Below are positions 27,453-35,137 of a stretch of DNA of 64,000 bases, one piece after another (position 1 is the stretch's first letter; every line of letters starts with the position of its first letter). The notes below the pieces were generated by a model, which was given only the letters and a program-made list of their open reading frames with translations, did not search any database and was not told where the DNA came from. The stretch spans positions 24,948 to 88,947 of the forward strand of contig CANRDY010000001.1 of the NCBI GenBank assembly GCA_947629515.1. The letters run 5' to 3'. The translations under genes and the position numbers were made by a program. The DNA comes from an uncultured Clostridia bacterium (GTDB lineage: Bacteria; Bacillota; Clostridia; Christensenellales; Borkfalkiaceae).

Positions 27453-27662
27453 ATGAAAATTATGGTTGCCGAAAGGCTGAAAGATTTAATGGACGAGCAG
27501 AACCTCAATCAGGTGGCGTTGGCAAAAAAGATAGGCGTTAAGCAGAACACGATAAGCGCGTGGCTGTTGAAAAAGAAAGAGCCGTGCATTACGAGTTTGT
27601 GGCTTGTAGCCGACTACTTCGGCGTGGATATTGACTATTTGGTGGGAAGAAAGGAATATTAA
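27453..27662 (+). CDS. XRE-family helix-turn-helix transcriptional regulator
   Basis: 69 aa. LNQVALAKKIGVKQNTISAWLLKKKEP...LVADYFGVDIDYLVGR is a canonical HTH_3 (Cro/C1) domain. Confidence 0.8.
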   Translation: MKIMVAERLKDLMDEQNLNQVALAKKIGVKQNTISAWLLKKKEPCITSLWLVADYFGVDIDYLVGRKEY

Positions 27663-27667
27663 AAATA

Positions 27668-28345
27668 ATGCGGCGGGCACTTTTCAAAGTGCCCGCCGCA
27701 AGCGTTCCGCTTAACTATGTGTCTTAACGACGTGAAAGTAAAACAGCGGAAAGGCTGTTCAACACGAGGGCTGACCCCCTCCCTTGTATTCCCTCCCCCT
27801 GTTCTTTCTTCTATTCCCTCCCCTTCCGTTTCGGAGGGGGAGGGCGAGGGTAGGGGTGGCGGGAGTGCATAAGGGGCAATGAACGTACAATTTTTCGGTT
27901 CGCGTTTCAAAGTGCAAGCACGGACCACGGGGGGATTCTCTCACTTAATCGCCCGCGCATTTATGCGCGGGTCTCATAGCGTTCGAAATGACAGTGCCTT
28001 ATGTTGCTCCGATATTATTTGAAAGTGCACCCCCTCAGTCCGCGTTCGCGGACAGCTCCCCCTCTCGGCAAGCCGTGAAGGGGAGCGAATGGCGCGGGCG
28101 GAAGTATGGTTGCCCTTGCAATTACGAAGTGAGAAAGCCCGCAAGAAGCAAGTTATGCAAGGAAAGCGAGGAAAACCCGAAGGAGCTTACAATGACGTAA
28201 GTAACTGAGGGTTGCCGCAGCTTGACACAGCTTTATGTTGAACAGCTCAAACGCTCGGCTACCCCAACGCTGTTAAGACACTTGGTCAAGCGGAACGCTT
28301 GCGACGCATATACGAAGTTTGCGGCAGTTATACGAAGTTTACGGG
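27668..28345 (+). repeat. composite repeat: I, B, E (long), C (27900-28026), E, F, inverted B, G x2; overlaps the last codons of 28339-28983
   Basis: GCGGCGGGCACTT/AAGTGCCCGCCGC; CAAGCGTTCCGCTTAAC...GGCTGTTCAAC; CCCTCCCCTTCCGTTTCGGAGGGGGAGGG; remaining modules as in the key. Confidence 0.9.
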
Positions 28346-28983
28346 AGTTTCAAAGCTATCATCAGAACGATCGGCGCACGGGCATACTCCTCCTCCGCAA
28401 GCCGCCGCTCTTCACAGTCGGAATAGTCGCGCTCGATCGAGGGATAGTGCAACCTTATCTCCGTCTCTTCCGAAATGTCCTTTTCTCTGTCGACTTCGGT
28501 CACCGTGTAAAGTTTCTTCTCGCCGCCGCACGTCAAAAGCAAGCCGTCGCCCTCGCCGATATACCTCAACTGCGGCAAGTCGTCAAGCTCTATTTCGCCT
28601 TTTCGCGCACGCTCGAAAACCTTTTTTGTCACTTCGAGTTCGAACTGCTCGCGCACGTCTTCGGGAACAAACCCGAATCTGTCGAACCGCTCTGCGGGGT
28701 ATACGGGATCGCGCACGTCGAATGCGTACTTGGCATAGTCCATTCTGCCGAAAAGCCCGTGCGCTTCAGCCATGATTTCCCCCCAACACCTCTGCGAACA
28801 GCGAAAAGCCTTGCCGTCGTTGAGGACGGGCGCGCACAGCAAACTCTCCTGATGCGCCCAGCCCGAAAACATATAACCGTGCGCTTTTATGTCGTCTATA
28901 ATGGCGTTCCGCGCCGCCCAGAATGTGTTTACCTCGCCGATATCGTCGTCGTATTCCGTCCAGCCCACTACTCTGTATTTCAT
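28339..28983 (-). CDS. hypothetical protein
   Basis: 214 aa. GGTGGAG SD. The last four sense codons plus stop (LKLP*) lie inside repeat module G. No family recognised. Confidence 0.55.
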   Translation of the reverse strand: MKYRVVGWTEYDDDIGEVNTFWAARNAIIDDIKAHGYMFSGWAHQESLLCAPVLNDGKAFRCSQRCWGEIMAEAHGLFGRMDYAKYAFDVRDPVYPAERFDRFGFVPEDVREQFELEVTKKVFERARKGEIELDDLPQLRYIGEGDGLLLTCGGEKKLYTVTEVDREKDISEETEIRLHYPSIERDYSDCEERRLAEEEYARAPIVLMIALKLP

Positions 28984-29185
28984 AACTCCACCTGCTTACG
29001 TCCCGTAAATTTGCGCGCCTTCGCGCGGCTTTTCAATCAAAGTCCTTTTCGCACGTCTATAATAACGCACGATGTTACGTTACTAATAAACGCAAAATTG
29101 CACGTTATAAATCGACGCCCGTGCGCGCGTTCTTCAATAAAATTATAAAATTTAAGGGCGTCGCGCGGACGCCCTTTTTTTAACT

Positions 29186-30424
29186 TTACTTTATGCTCGA
29201 TTTGATTTTGAGCCTTATGTGGCGGGGCAGACCGTTGACCCACAGAGGCGAGATCTCGGCCTGTACGAGCGGGTAAATGTAGTGAACAAGCTCGGGCTTG
29301 ACGTTCGTGCCGTCCTCGGTTATCCATTCGAGGGGAACCTTCTTTTCGACGTTGGCGATGAAATGCACGTCGGCGGGTTCGGTTATGCACATATAAGGGT
29401 CGTCGGAGATCCTCTTGAGGGTTATAACTTCGCCCGTGTGCCCTTCGAACGCCGCCTTGACTGCCGCGCCGCCTACGTTGAAAGCTTCGGTCACGTCGAC
29501 GCGCGCCTGTATGTGCGAGGCGCACCTTTGAAGGGACGAAAGCTCGATAGCCCTTGTTTTAACGCCGTACTTCTCGGCGACCTTGCCCGCAAGGAAACGA
29601 GCCGTTCCCGCAAGCTGTTTGTGACCGAATGCGTCGACATAGTCCACGTGGTCAGAAAGTTCGCACACGTATCTGCCGTCGGCGACTTTAACGCCCTCGG
29701 AGACGGCTATGACGACAGACCTCTCCTCTTTGAGGAGCTTGCCGATATACGTAAGGAATTTGTCTACGTCGAATACCACTTCGGGAAGGTAGATGGCGTC
29801 GACGCCCTCGCAGTCCTCGCCCTTTGCAAGCGCGGTCGCGGCGGTGAGCCAGCCGGCGTTTCTGCCCATAACTTCTATTACCGAAACTACGGGATAGTCG
29901 TAGACGAGACCGTCGCGGATTATCTCCTTGGTGGTTGCGGCTATGTACTTTGCCGCACTGCCGTAACCGGGCGTGTGGTCGGTGAGCGCAAGGTCGTTAT
30001 CGATGGTCTTGGGAACGCCGACAAAGCGAATGGGGCTTTTTATCTGCGCGCCGTAGTCGGACAGCTTTTTGATGGTGTCCATCGAATCGTTGCCGCCTAT
30101 GTAGAAGAAAGCGTAAATTTCAAGTTCTTCCAATATGGCGAATATCTTTTGGTAAGTCTCTTCGTTACCCTCGATATCGGGGAGCTTATAACGGCAAGAG
30201 CCGAGGAACGACGACGGCGTTCTTTTAAGCAAATCCATATCAAGTTCGGTTTTAAGGCGTAAAGAGAGGTCGACAACGTCCCTGTCCAAAAGCCCTTTGA
30301 TGCCGTGAACCATGCCGTAAACTATGTCTGCGCCCCTGTCTTTGGCGGTTTTGAATACGCCGAGAAGGCTGGAGTTGATTACGGCGGTAGGTCCGCCCGA
30401 CTGTCCTACAATTACGTTTTTCAT
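29186..30424 (-). CDS. pfp: 6-phosphofructokinase family, probably pyrophosphate-dependent (Pfp type)
   Basis: 412 aa. MKNVIVGQSGGPTAVINSS start. IGGNDS in place of the ATP-type GGDGS. PKTIDNDL motif. Confidence 0.8.
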   Translation of the reverse strand: MKNVIVGQSGGPTAVINSSLLGVFKTAKDRGADIVYGMVHGIKGLLDRDVVDLSLRLKTELDMDLLKRTPSSFLGSCRYKLPDIEGNEETYQKIFAILEELEIYAFFYIGGNDSMDTIKKLSDYGAQIKSPIRFVGVPKTIDNDLALTDHTPGYGSAAKYIAATTKEIIRDGLVYDYPVVSVIEVMGRNAGWLTAATALAKGEDCEGVDAIYLPEVVFDVDKFLTYIGKLLKEERSVVIAVSEGVKVADGRYVCELSDHVDYVDAFGHKQLAGTARFLAGKVAEKYGVKTRAIELSSLQRCASHIQARVDVTEAFNVGGAAVKAAFEGHTGEVITLKRISDDPYMCITEPADVHFIANVEKKVPLEWITEDGTNVKPELVHYIYPLVQAEISPLWVNGLPRHIRLKIKSSIK

Positions 30425-30520
30425 AGAGAATCCCCCTAAATTAATCGGAAATTTTTTTGAGGCGAACTTTACCCGCCAGCTTAATTGATTATAACATATT
30501 AATGTATAAAAAGCAATATC

Positions 30521-31061
30521 ACATTGAAATTTTTTTGCGAGAATTGTGAAATTTTTGCGCGGGTGCGGGGGAAAGGGACGGGACGCTTACTCAATAGCTT
30601 ATTTTTTGATACCGTTTCAAAGTGCAAGCACGGACCACCTTGGGATTCTCTCGGTCAATCCCGCGCCTACGGCGCGTGTCATATCCCTCGAAATGACAGT
30701 GCCATAATAAGCTCCGATAATATTTGAAATGCTCCCCCCTCTTTAATTCTCCCCCCTCGCAAGCGAAGGGGGGAGGGTTGGGTATGGGGAAGTGCGCGAA
30801 GGGGGAGTTTAGGGCGTTCGGTCGTCCTTGCAATTACGAAGTGAGAAACTTTGTAGATGCGAGCAGAACGAGGAGCGCGAGCAGTTTGCGAGGAAGCGTA
30901 CACAGAAGTACGTAACCGAGCAAAAGCGGAGCGCGACACAGCTTTATGTTGAACAGCCTATCCGCCGTATTACCTCAACGCTGTTAAGACACTTGGTCAA
31001 GCGGAACGCTTGCGAAGCATATACGAAGTTTTCGGGAGTATACGAAGTTTAACGGGAGCTA
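30521..31061 (+). repeat. composite repeat: A fragment, C (30611-30729), E, F, inverted B, G x2; last nt shared with stop of 31059-32033
   Basis: Modules as in the key. Terminal sequence GCATATACGAAGTTTTCGGGAGTATACGAAGTTTAACGGGAGC-TA. Confidence 0.9.
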
Positions 31062-32033
31062 ACGGTTCACAATGTCGAACTCATCACACACCACCAGCTT
31101 AAACCTCGAAAGGGCGTCGCTTTCGAGCGCGCAACGGTGCATGTCGACCCCTCTGACAGTGCGGTCGCCGTAGGTCGTGTAGTAATAAATGCCGCGGTCG
31201 GCGTTACAACAGGACGAATAAATCGTCGTCTCGTTGCCGCCTTTCAGCCGAACACAGCCGCGCGGCTGTTCGACCGAGCAAAGTATGTGGAAAAATTGGT
31301 TCACGCTGTCGACCTCGCTGCCGTCGGAAAGCGAGTTGCTTTTGACGAACGCCGCCTTGATGAACCGCGAACGCGAGGACATATCCCCCGGCAAGCCCGC
31401 CCCTCCCAGCCCTCTGCTGTATGCCGCGATCGGAACTTCGGGCGCGAACGTGTTTTCGGGTTCGTACGGGGTCAGGCGCAGGTAATCGGCAAGGCTGAGT
31501 TCCATATCGGGGAACGGCGGGTTGTTGGTCAGCACGCCTATACGGTTCTCATAAATTTTAAGACCGTCCGCCGTCGGTTCAACGGTAATCGCGCGGGCGG
31601 CGTCGGCAATTATCCAATGCAGGGGCGTGGGCGGCAGTTCTGCGCTGAACGGGATATCCGCAAGATTTATGCGGGCAAGTTCGCTCTCCGCCTCGCTCAC
31701 GCTTGCGCATTTGCCGAGGATATAGGGTATGAACTCGTAGGGGGCGACGTTGACCGCGCCGTCGCGGACGGGGGCGTAGAACGCATTGCCGGGGAAGTTC
31801 AGACCCGCCATTGCAAGACCCTTTTCGTTGACCGCGTCGTAATAGAGCGGATAGCCGCCGCTTACATACGCCATTCCTATCATGGCGTGAAGTTGGCGGG
31901 GGGCTTCGGCACGGCTGAACTTTATGGGAAAATTGCGCGGGGTGACGCAGACCTCGACGTCGTAGGTGAACTCGAAGTCGAGATTTCTGCCGAAGTAAAA
32001 ATCGCGGGTTTTATAGGTGATGGCTGTGCACAT
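31059..32033 (-). CDS. choloylglycine hydrolase family protein (Ntn linear amide C-N hydrolase; bile-salt-hydrolase-like)
   Basis: Trimmed to MCTAITYKTRDFYFGRNLDFEF (Cys2 nucleophile after Met). 324 aa. Confidence 0.8.
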   Translation of the reverse strand: MCTAITYKTRDFYFGRNLDFEFTYDVEVCVTPRNFPIKFSRAEAPRQLHAMIGMAYVSGGYPLYYDAVNEKGLAMAGLNFPGNAFYAPVRDGAVNVAPYEFIPYILGKCASVSEAESELARINLADIPFSAELPPTPLHWIIADAARAITVEPTADGLKIYENRIGVLTNNPPFPDMELSLADYLRLTPYEPENTFAPEVPIAAYSRGLGGAGLPGDMSSRSRFIKAAFVKSNSLSDGSEVDSVNQFFHILCSVEQPRGCVRLKGGNETTIYSSCCNADRGIYYYTTYGDRTVRGVDMHRCALESDALSRFKLVVCDEFDIVNR

Positions 32034-32084
32034 ATCGTTACTCCTTTTTGTAAGTTTTTGCAACACGTGGGAGAATATTCCGCA

Positions 32085-32262
32085 ACAAGCGTTCCGTAAG
32101 CGTTCCGCTTAATCAATGGGCGGCGTGTCGCCGCGGACGGGATTCTTAACGGCGTTAAGATAGACAGCGTGTCGGCTGTTCAACAAGCGTTCCGCTTGAC
32201 CATGTGTCTTAACGGCGAGGAAGCAATACGGCGGATCGGCTGTTCAACTTAAATTTTAAGTG
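32085..32262 (+). repeat. module B, about 2.5 tandem copies
   Basis: CAAGCGTTCCGTAAGCGTTCCGCTTAATC...GGCTGTTCAAC CAAGCGTTCCGCTTGACCATGTGTCTTAACGGCG...GGCTGTTCAAC. Confidence 0.85.
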
Positions 32263-32329
32263 TGCGCGGACAGTTAAGGCGCGAACTTTACGTTTGGCGC
32301 AGTACCGTTGCAAATTTACGCTTAAATAC

Positions 32330-32358
32330 TTGACAAACGAAAAACAATGTCGTAAAAT
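32330..32358 (+). promoter_or_regulatory. consensus sigma-A promoter of small RNA 1
   Basis: TTGACA - 17 nt - TAAAAT. Confidence 0.65.
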
Positions 32359-32364
32359 AAAATC

Positions 32365-32446
32365 ACAAAGGGGAACCCAAAGCGGTTGACCTCGACAAGT
32401 TTAAAAAATAACCGTCAAGCTATCAACTATCGGCGGTTATTTTTTT
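32365..32446 (+). ncRNA. predicted ~80-nt non-coding RNA, 3' end antisense to small ORF 1
   Basis: Runs from the predicted TSS (~7 nt after the -10) to the bidirectional terminator. No ATG in the transcript. Paralogous to 35668-35757. Confidence 0.4.
32403..32446. terminator. bidirectional intrinsic terminator shared by small RNA 1 and small ORF 1
   Basis: AAAAAATAACCG ... CGGTTATTTTTTT: A-run/T-run-flanked stem usable on both strands. Confidence 0.65.
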
Positions 32447-32544
32447 ACGCGCTTAATCGCTATGTACTCGACTTCGTCGAGCAACAGCTCAAGCTGTTTA
32501 AGGAGCTCGCAGAGTTGCGATACTAATTCGCTAAACTCGGTCAT
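32437..32544 (-). CDS. small ORF 1, 35 aa (MTEFSELVSQLCELLKQLELLLDEVEYIAIKRVKK)
   Basis: AAAGGAGGTG SD 8 nt upstream of ATG 32544. Stop codon lies inside the terminator stem. Paralogue at 35748-35852. The track lists a longer 97-aa frame that reads through repeat H. Confidence 0.45.
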   Translation of the reverse strand: MTEFSELVSQLCELLKQLELLLDEVEYIAIKRVKK

Positions 32545-32599
32545 AAGCCTCACCTCCTTTGAAAGAAAATGTTTTACTCCATTTTCCCCCTCGAGAGGT

Positions 32600-32704
32600 C
32601 TTCTCGCGCGGCGTAAGGAGCAACGCCGCGCTCGGTCACCGCTTGCGCATTGCACTATGCGCAAGCTCATCTTACACAAGAAAACAGCGGGTGTCCGCTG
32701 TTTT
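32600..32704 (-). repeat. module H (inverted relative to other copies), between promoter and SD of small ORF 1
   Basis: Matches 25833-25933 and 36335-36433 in reverse complement. Contains AAAACAGCGGacacCCGCTGTTTT. Confidence 0.85.
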
Positions 32705-32766
32705 AAGAATTTTGTGTTCGACGCCTGCAAGGATTCCCCCTTGCTTCGAAAATTAATATTAAAATT

Positions 32767-32795
32767 AGTATAAACTTTTTGTAATATTTTGTCAA
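32767..32795 (-). promoter_or_regulatory. consensus sigma-A promoter of small ORF 1
   Basis: Minus strand TTGACA - 17 nt - TATACT. Confidence 0.6.
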
Positions 32796-32875
32796 TAAAA
32801 ATTTTAATTAAATCGCGCGCGGGCGTTTGAGAACGCCCGCGCGCATACAGTACTTAGATATTATTGAGAAAACGC

Positions 32876-33400
32876 TTAAGCGGAACGCTTATTCGTAAAT
32901 GCAAAGAACGTAACTACTCCCGTAGCGATGGCGGAAAGGATCGAAAATACCCCCGAAACTATCGCGCCCGCACCAAGCGTGTAAGATTTTTTTAATTCAT
33001 TAACATACTCCGCGGGCGTTCCCTCGGGGACCGCAGGCGCGCAGAAAGGTACGGCAAGGAAGTAGAATATTCCCGCAAGCAGGAAGCATACCGCCGCTAC
33101 GGGGGCTATGTACTTACAGTTGAAGAATGCCGAAAGCACGGCAAACACTATCCCCACAAGCAAGAGCAAATACGTAAAGAAGTTCATAAACGAGAACGCG
33201 AAAACGGGTTGCGTGTGCACAACACCCAAAAGATCGGTCATGCTCTCCGAATAGCCGAACATGGTCTGCGCACCCGAATAGGTTATCGACGTTTCTTTTA
33301 TCGCAACCGACGGCGCGAACATTAAAAACAGGGTGATAAGCCCCAACACTGCCGCGGCAAGCGCGATGATGGTCGTTAAATCGAGTTTAAACTTTTTCAT
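32876..33400 (-). CDS. hypothetical membrane protein (4-5 TM helices)
   Basis: 174 aa. GGAGG SD. Followed by I-type hairpin 32815-32844. Confidence 0.6.
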   Translation of the reverse strand: MKKFKLDLTTIIALAAAVLGLITLFLMFAPSVAIKETSITYSGAQTMFGYSESMTDLLGVVHTQPVFAFSFMNFFTYLLLLVGIVFAVLSAFFNCKYIAPVAAVCFLLAGIFYFLAVPFCAPAVPEGTPAEYVNELKKSYTLGAGAIVSGVFSILSAIATGVVTFFAFTNKRSA

Positions 33401-33660
33401 AGAATACCTCCGAGCGTTATTCTATCATATATATTGACATTTTGCAAGCGCAGGAACGGTTTTTAAGGTTTTTTGCAAAAGCCGTAAAAGTGTGGAATTT
33501 TATAAAAAATCACCGCAAACTTTCGGCGGAATTTTAAAAGAACTCCCCGCGTTCGGGGGCGGCAAAAGCCGACACAAAAATCGAACAAAAGCCGACGGGA
33601 GAGTCTGCGGATGAGGCAAAAACAGCCTACCGATAAGGCGACAAAAGCCTGCGGATAAGG

Positions 33661-33693
33661 CAAACAAAAAAGCCGACGGAAAACCGTCGGCTT
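33661..33693 (-). terminator. intrinsic terminator of rplM-rpsI operon
   Basis: Minus strand AAGCCGACGGttttCCGTCGGCTT followed by TTTTTTGTTTG. Confidence 0.85.
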
Positions 33694-33697
33694 ATCG

Positions 33698-34111
33698 TTA
33701 ACGTTTGCTGAACTGGGGAGCGCGGCGAGCCTTTTTCAAGCCGTACTTCTTTCTTTCCTTTACGCGGGGGTCGCGGGTGAGGAAGCCCTCTTTTTTGAGC
33801 GCGGGACGGCAGCCCTCTTCCGCCTGCAAAAGCGCGCGGGCAATGCCGAGGCGAATGGCGTTAGCCTGCCCCGTGTATCCGCCTCCGTAGACGTTTACCA
33901 GAACATCGTACTTGGCTTCGACGCCCAAAAGCGCGAGGGGCTGTTTTACCACGTATTGCAGAACCGACTGAGGGAAATAGTCCTCAAAAGCCCTTTCGTT
34001 GATTTGGATAACTCCCGTTCCAGCGGGGATAAGGCGAACGCGGGCTATTGCCTTCTTTCTCCTTCCCGTTCCCCAGAATTGAAGTTTTTTCTTTAAATTA
34101 GCCTTTGCCAT
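33698..34111 (-). CDS. rpsI: 30S ribosomal protein S9
   Basis: [19 protein letters not shown] ... [25 protein letters not shown]. Confidence 0.95.
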   Translation of the reverse strand: MAKANLKKKLQFWGTGRRKKAIARVRLIPAGTGVIQINERAFEDYFPQSVLQYVVKQPLALLGVEAKYDVLVNVYGGGYTGQANAIRLGIARALLQAEEGCRPALKKEGFLTRDPRVKERKKYGLKKARRAPQFSKR

Positions 34112-34129
34112 AAAAACTACCTCTCACCA

Positions 34130-34567
34130 TTAAAATAATTTGAGCTCTACGGGTTGTTGTGCCTCGTGGTTGTGCTTTGCGCCCTTGAACACTTTGAGCT
34201 TTTTGATCATATCTCTCCCGAGAGAGTTTTTGGGAAGCATCCCCCTTACCGCTTCGTAAACGGCAACGTCGCTCTTTTCGGCTATCATCTTTTTATAGGA
34301 AACTTCTTTCAACCCGCCGATATAGCCCGTGTGATATCTGTAATACTTGTCGTCGAGCTTCTTGCCCGTGAGCGCAACTTTGTCGGTGTTTACGACTATA
34401 ACGAAGTCGCCCGTGTCGACATTGGGCGTAAAGGTGGGCTTATTTTTGCCGCGAAGTATGGCGGCTACTTTGGAAGCAAGCCTGCCGAGGGGAACGCCCG
34501 TCGCGTCGACGACGTACCACTTTCTTTCAACTTGTGCGGGCTTTGCCATATAGGTTTTCATTTTCAA
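34130..34567 (-). CDS. rplM: 50S ribosomal protein L13
   Basis: [24 protein letters not shown]...; the start may be either of the first two Mets. Confidence 0.95.
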   Translation of the reverse strand: MKMKTYMAKPAQVERKWYVVDATGVPLGRLASKVAAILRGKNKPTFTPNVDTGDFVIVVNTDKVALTGKKLDDKYYRYHTGYIGGLKEVSYKKMIAEKSDVAVYEAVRGMLPKNSLGRDMIKKLKVFKGAKHNHEAQQPVELKLF

Positions 34568-34625
34568 CTCCTTGATTTGCCGCTTTTTTGGCGACTTTTC
34601 AATCTGTAACTCGCAATGTAAACTT

Positions 34626-34654
34626 ATTTTATTATTTTATAAAATTTCTGTCAA
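34626..34654 (-). promoter_or_regulatory. consensus sigma-A promoter of rplM-rpsI
   Basis: Minus strand TTGACA - 17 nt - TAAAAT, ~55 nt upstream of the rplM ATG. Confidence 0.65.
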
Positions 34655-34714
34655 GCTGTTTTGTGTTGCGTTTACAAACTTTTTTATTTATTTTTCGAAT
34701 ACATAAAAATTCAA

Positions 34715-34802
34715 GCGTTTTAACGGCGTTGAGGTAATACGGCGGGTCGGCTGTTCAACGGGAAGCGGCGGGCACTTTGCAAGTGCCCGCCGCCGCAAGC
34801 GT
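34715..34802 (+). repeat. partial B plus I hairpin
   Basis: CAAGCGTTTTAACGGCGTTGAGGTAATACGGCGGGTCGGCTGTTCAAC; GCGGCGGGCACTTTGCAAGTGCCCGCCGC. Confidence 0.8.
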
Positions 34803-34810
34803 TCGGATAT

Positions 34811-35008
34811 TCAGTCTGTTTCGCCGACGGATACCGAAAAGGTCTGACCGTTGGAAAATTCCATTTTAAATCCCCCGCTCAAAATTCTGAATTTACAGCA
34901 AAACAGCTCCTCTGCCGCCGTGTACAGCTCCTGCGTAAGACTGCCCGCCGAAAACCTCGCCTCGTTCTCCAAACCGTCGCGGTCGACGGTCTTTTTTCTT
35001 TCGTCCAT
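34811..35008 (-). CDS. hypothetical small protein (65 aa)
   Basis: AAAGGAGAAG SD 5 nt upstream of the ATG. Divergent from the tandem-HTH gene. No family recognised. Confidence 0.45.
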   Translation of the reverse strand: MDERKKTVDRDGLENEARFSAGSLTQELYTAAEELFCCKFRILSGGFKMEFSNGQTFSVSVGETD

Positions 35009-35137
35009 AAATGCTTCTCCTTTATTTATATTGTGCCTTTAATTTCGGCATACTTAAATTATATCATCGGTTTGTCGAACTATCAAGTATTTGTTTGACG
35101 AACCGATGTATGTTTATAGTCGGAAAAGGACTAATTT

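Noticed and set aside
28222-29148. 308-aa plus-strand ORF overlapping 28339-28983, and the analogous 50318-51187 ORF
   Set aside because: Their N-termini are translations of repeat modules B/G (..EQ..RR.T.TLLRHLVKRNAC.AYTKF recurs in several spacers). The minus-strand genes have an SD and protein-like composition.
31014-31058. TATACGAAGTT in module G matches 11 of 13 nt of a loxP arm (TATACGAAGTTAT). It recurs at 21610, 26028, 28311, 28330, 36597, 50571 and 63500.
   Set aside because: There is no inverted partner arm and no 8-bp spacer, and the copies are direct repeats inside a larger repeat family. No Cre-like recombinase is present in the window. Treated as chance similarity.
31040-31058. 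Integron attC-like core sites: GTTAAAC (minus strand of G) and GTTCAAC/GTTGAAC in module B fit GTTRRRY / RYYYAAC and lie next to stop codons.
   Set aside because: The flanking genes are core housekeeping genes (clpP, alaS, desulfurase), not cassettes. There is no intI and no consistent R''-L''/L'-R' architecture. A 7-nt degenerate match is expected by chance.
32437-32730. 97-aa version of small ORF 1 in the ORF track
   Set aside because: The upstream 62 codons are a translation of repeat module H (the same peptide string appears in ORF 36203-36481). The strong SD sits in front of the internal Met at 32544.
35073-35102. Two Spo0A-box-like heptamers (TGTCGAA at 35073 and TGACGAA at 35096; consensus TGNCGAA) in the promoter region of the tandem-HTH gene. 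TGTCGTA also occurs in both small-RNA promoters.
   Set aside because: Degenerate 7-nt matches are expected by chance in a 130-nt spacer. There is no supporting evidence without a genome-wide scan.
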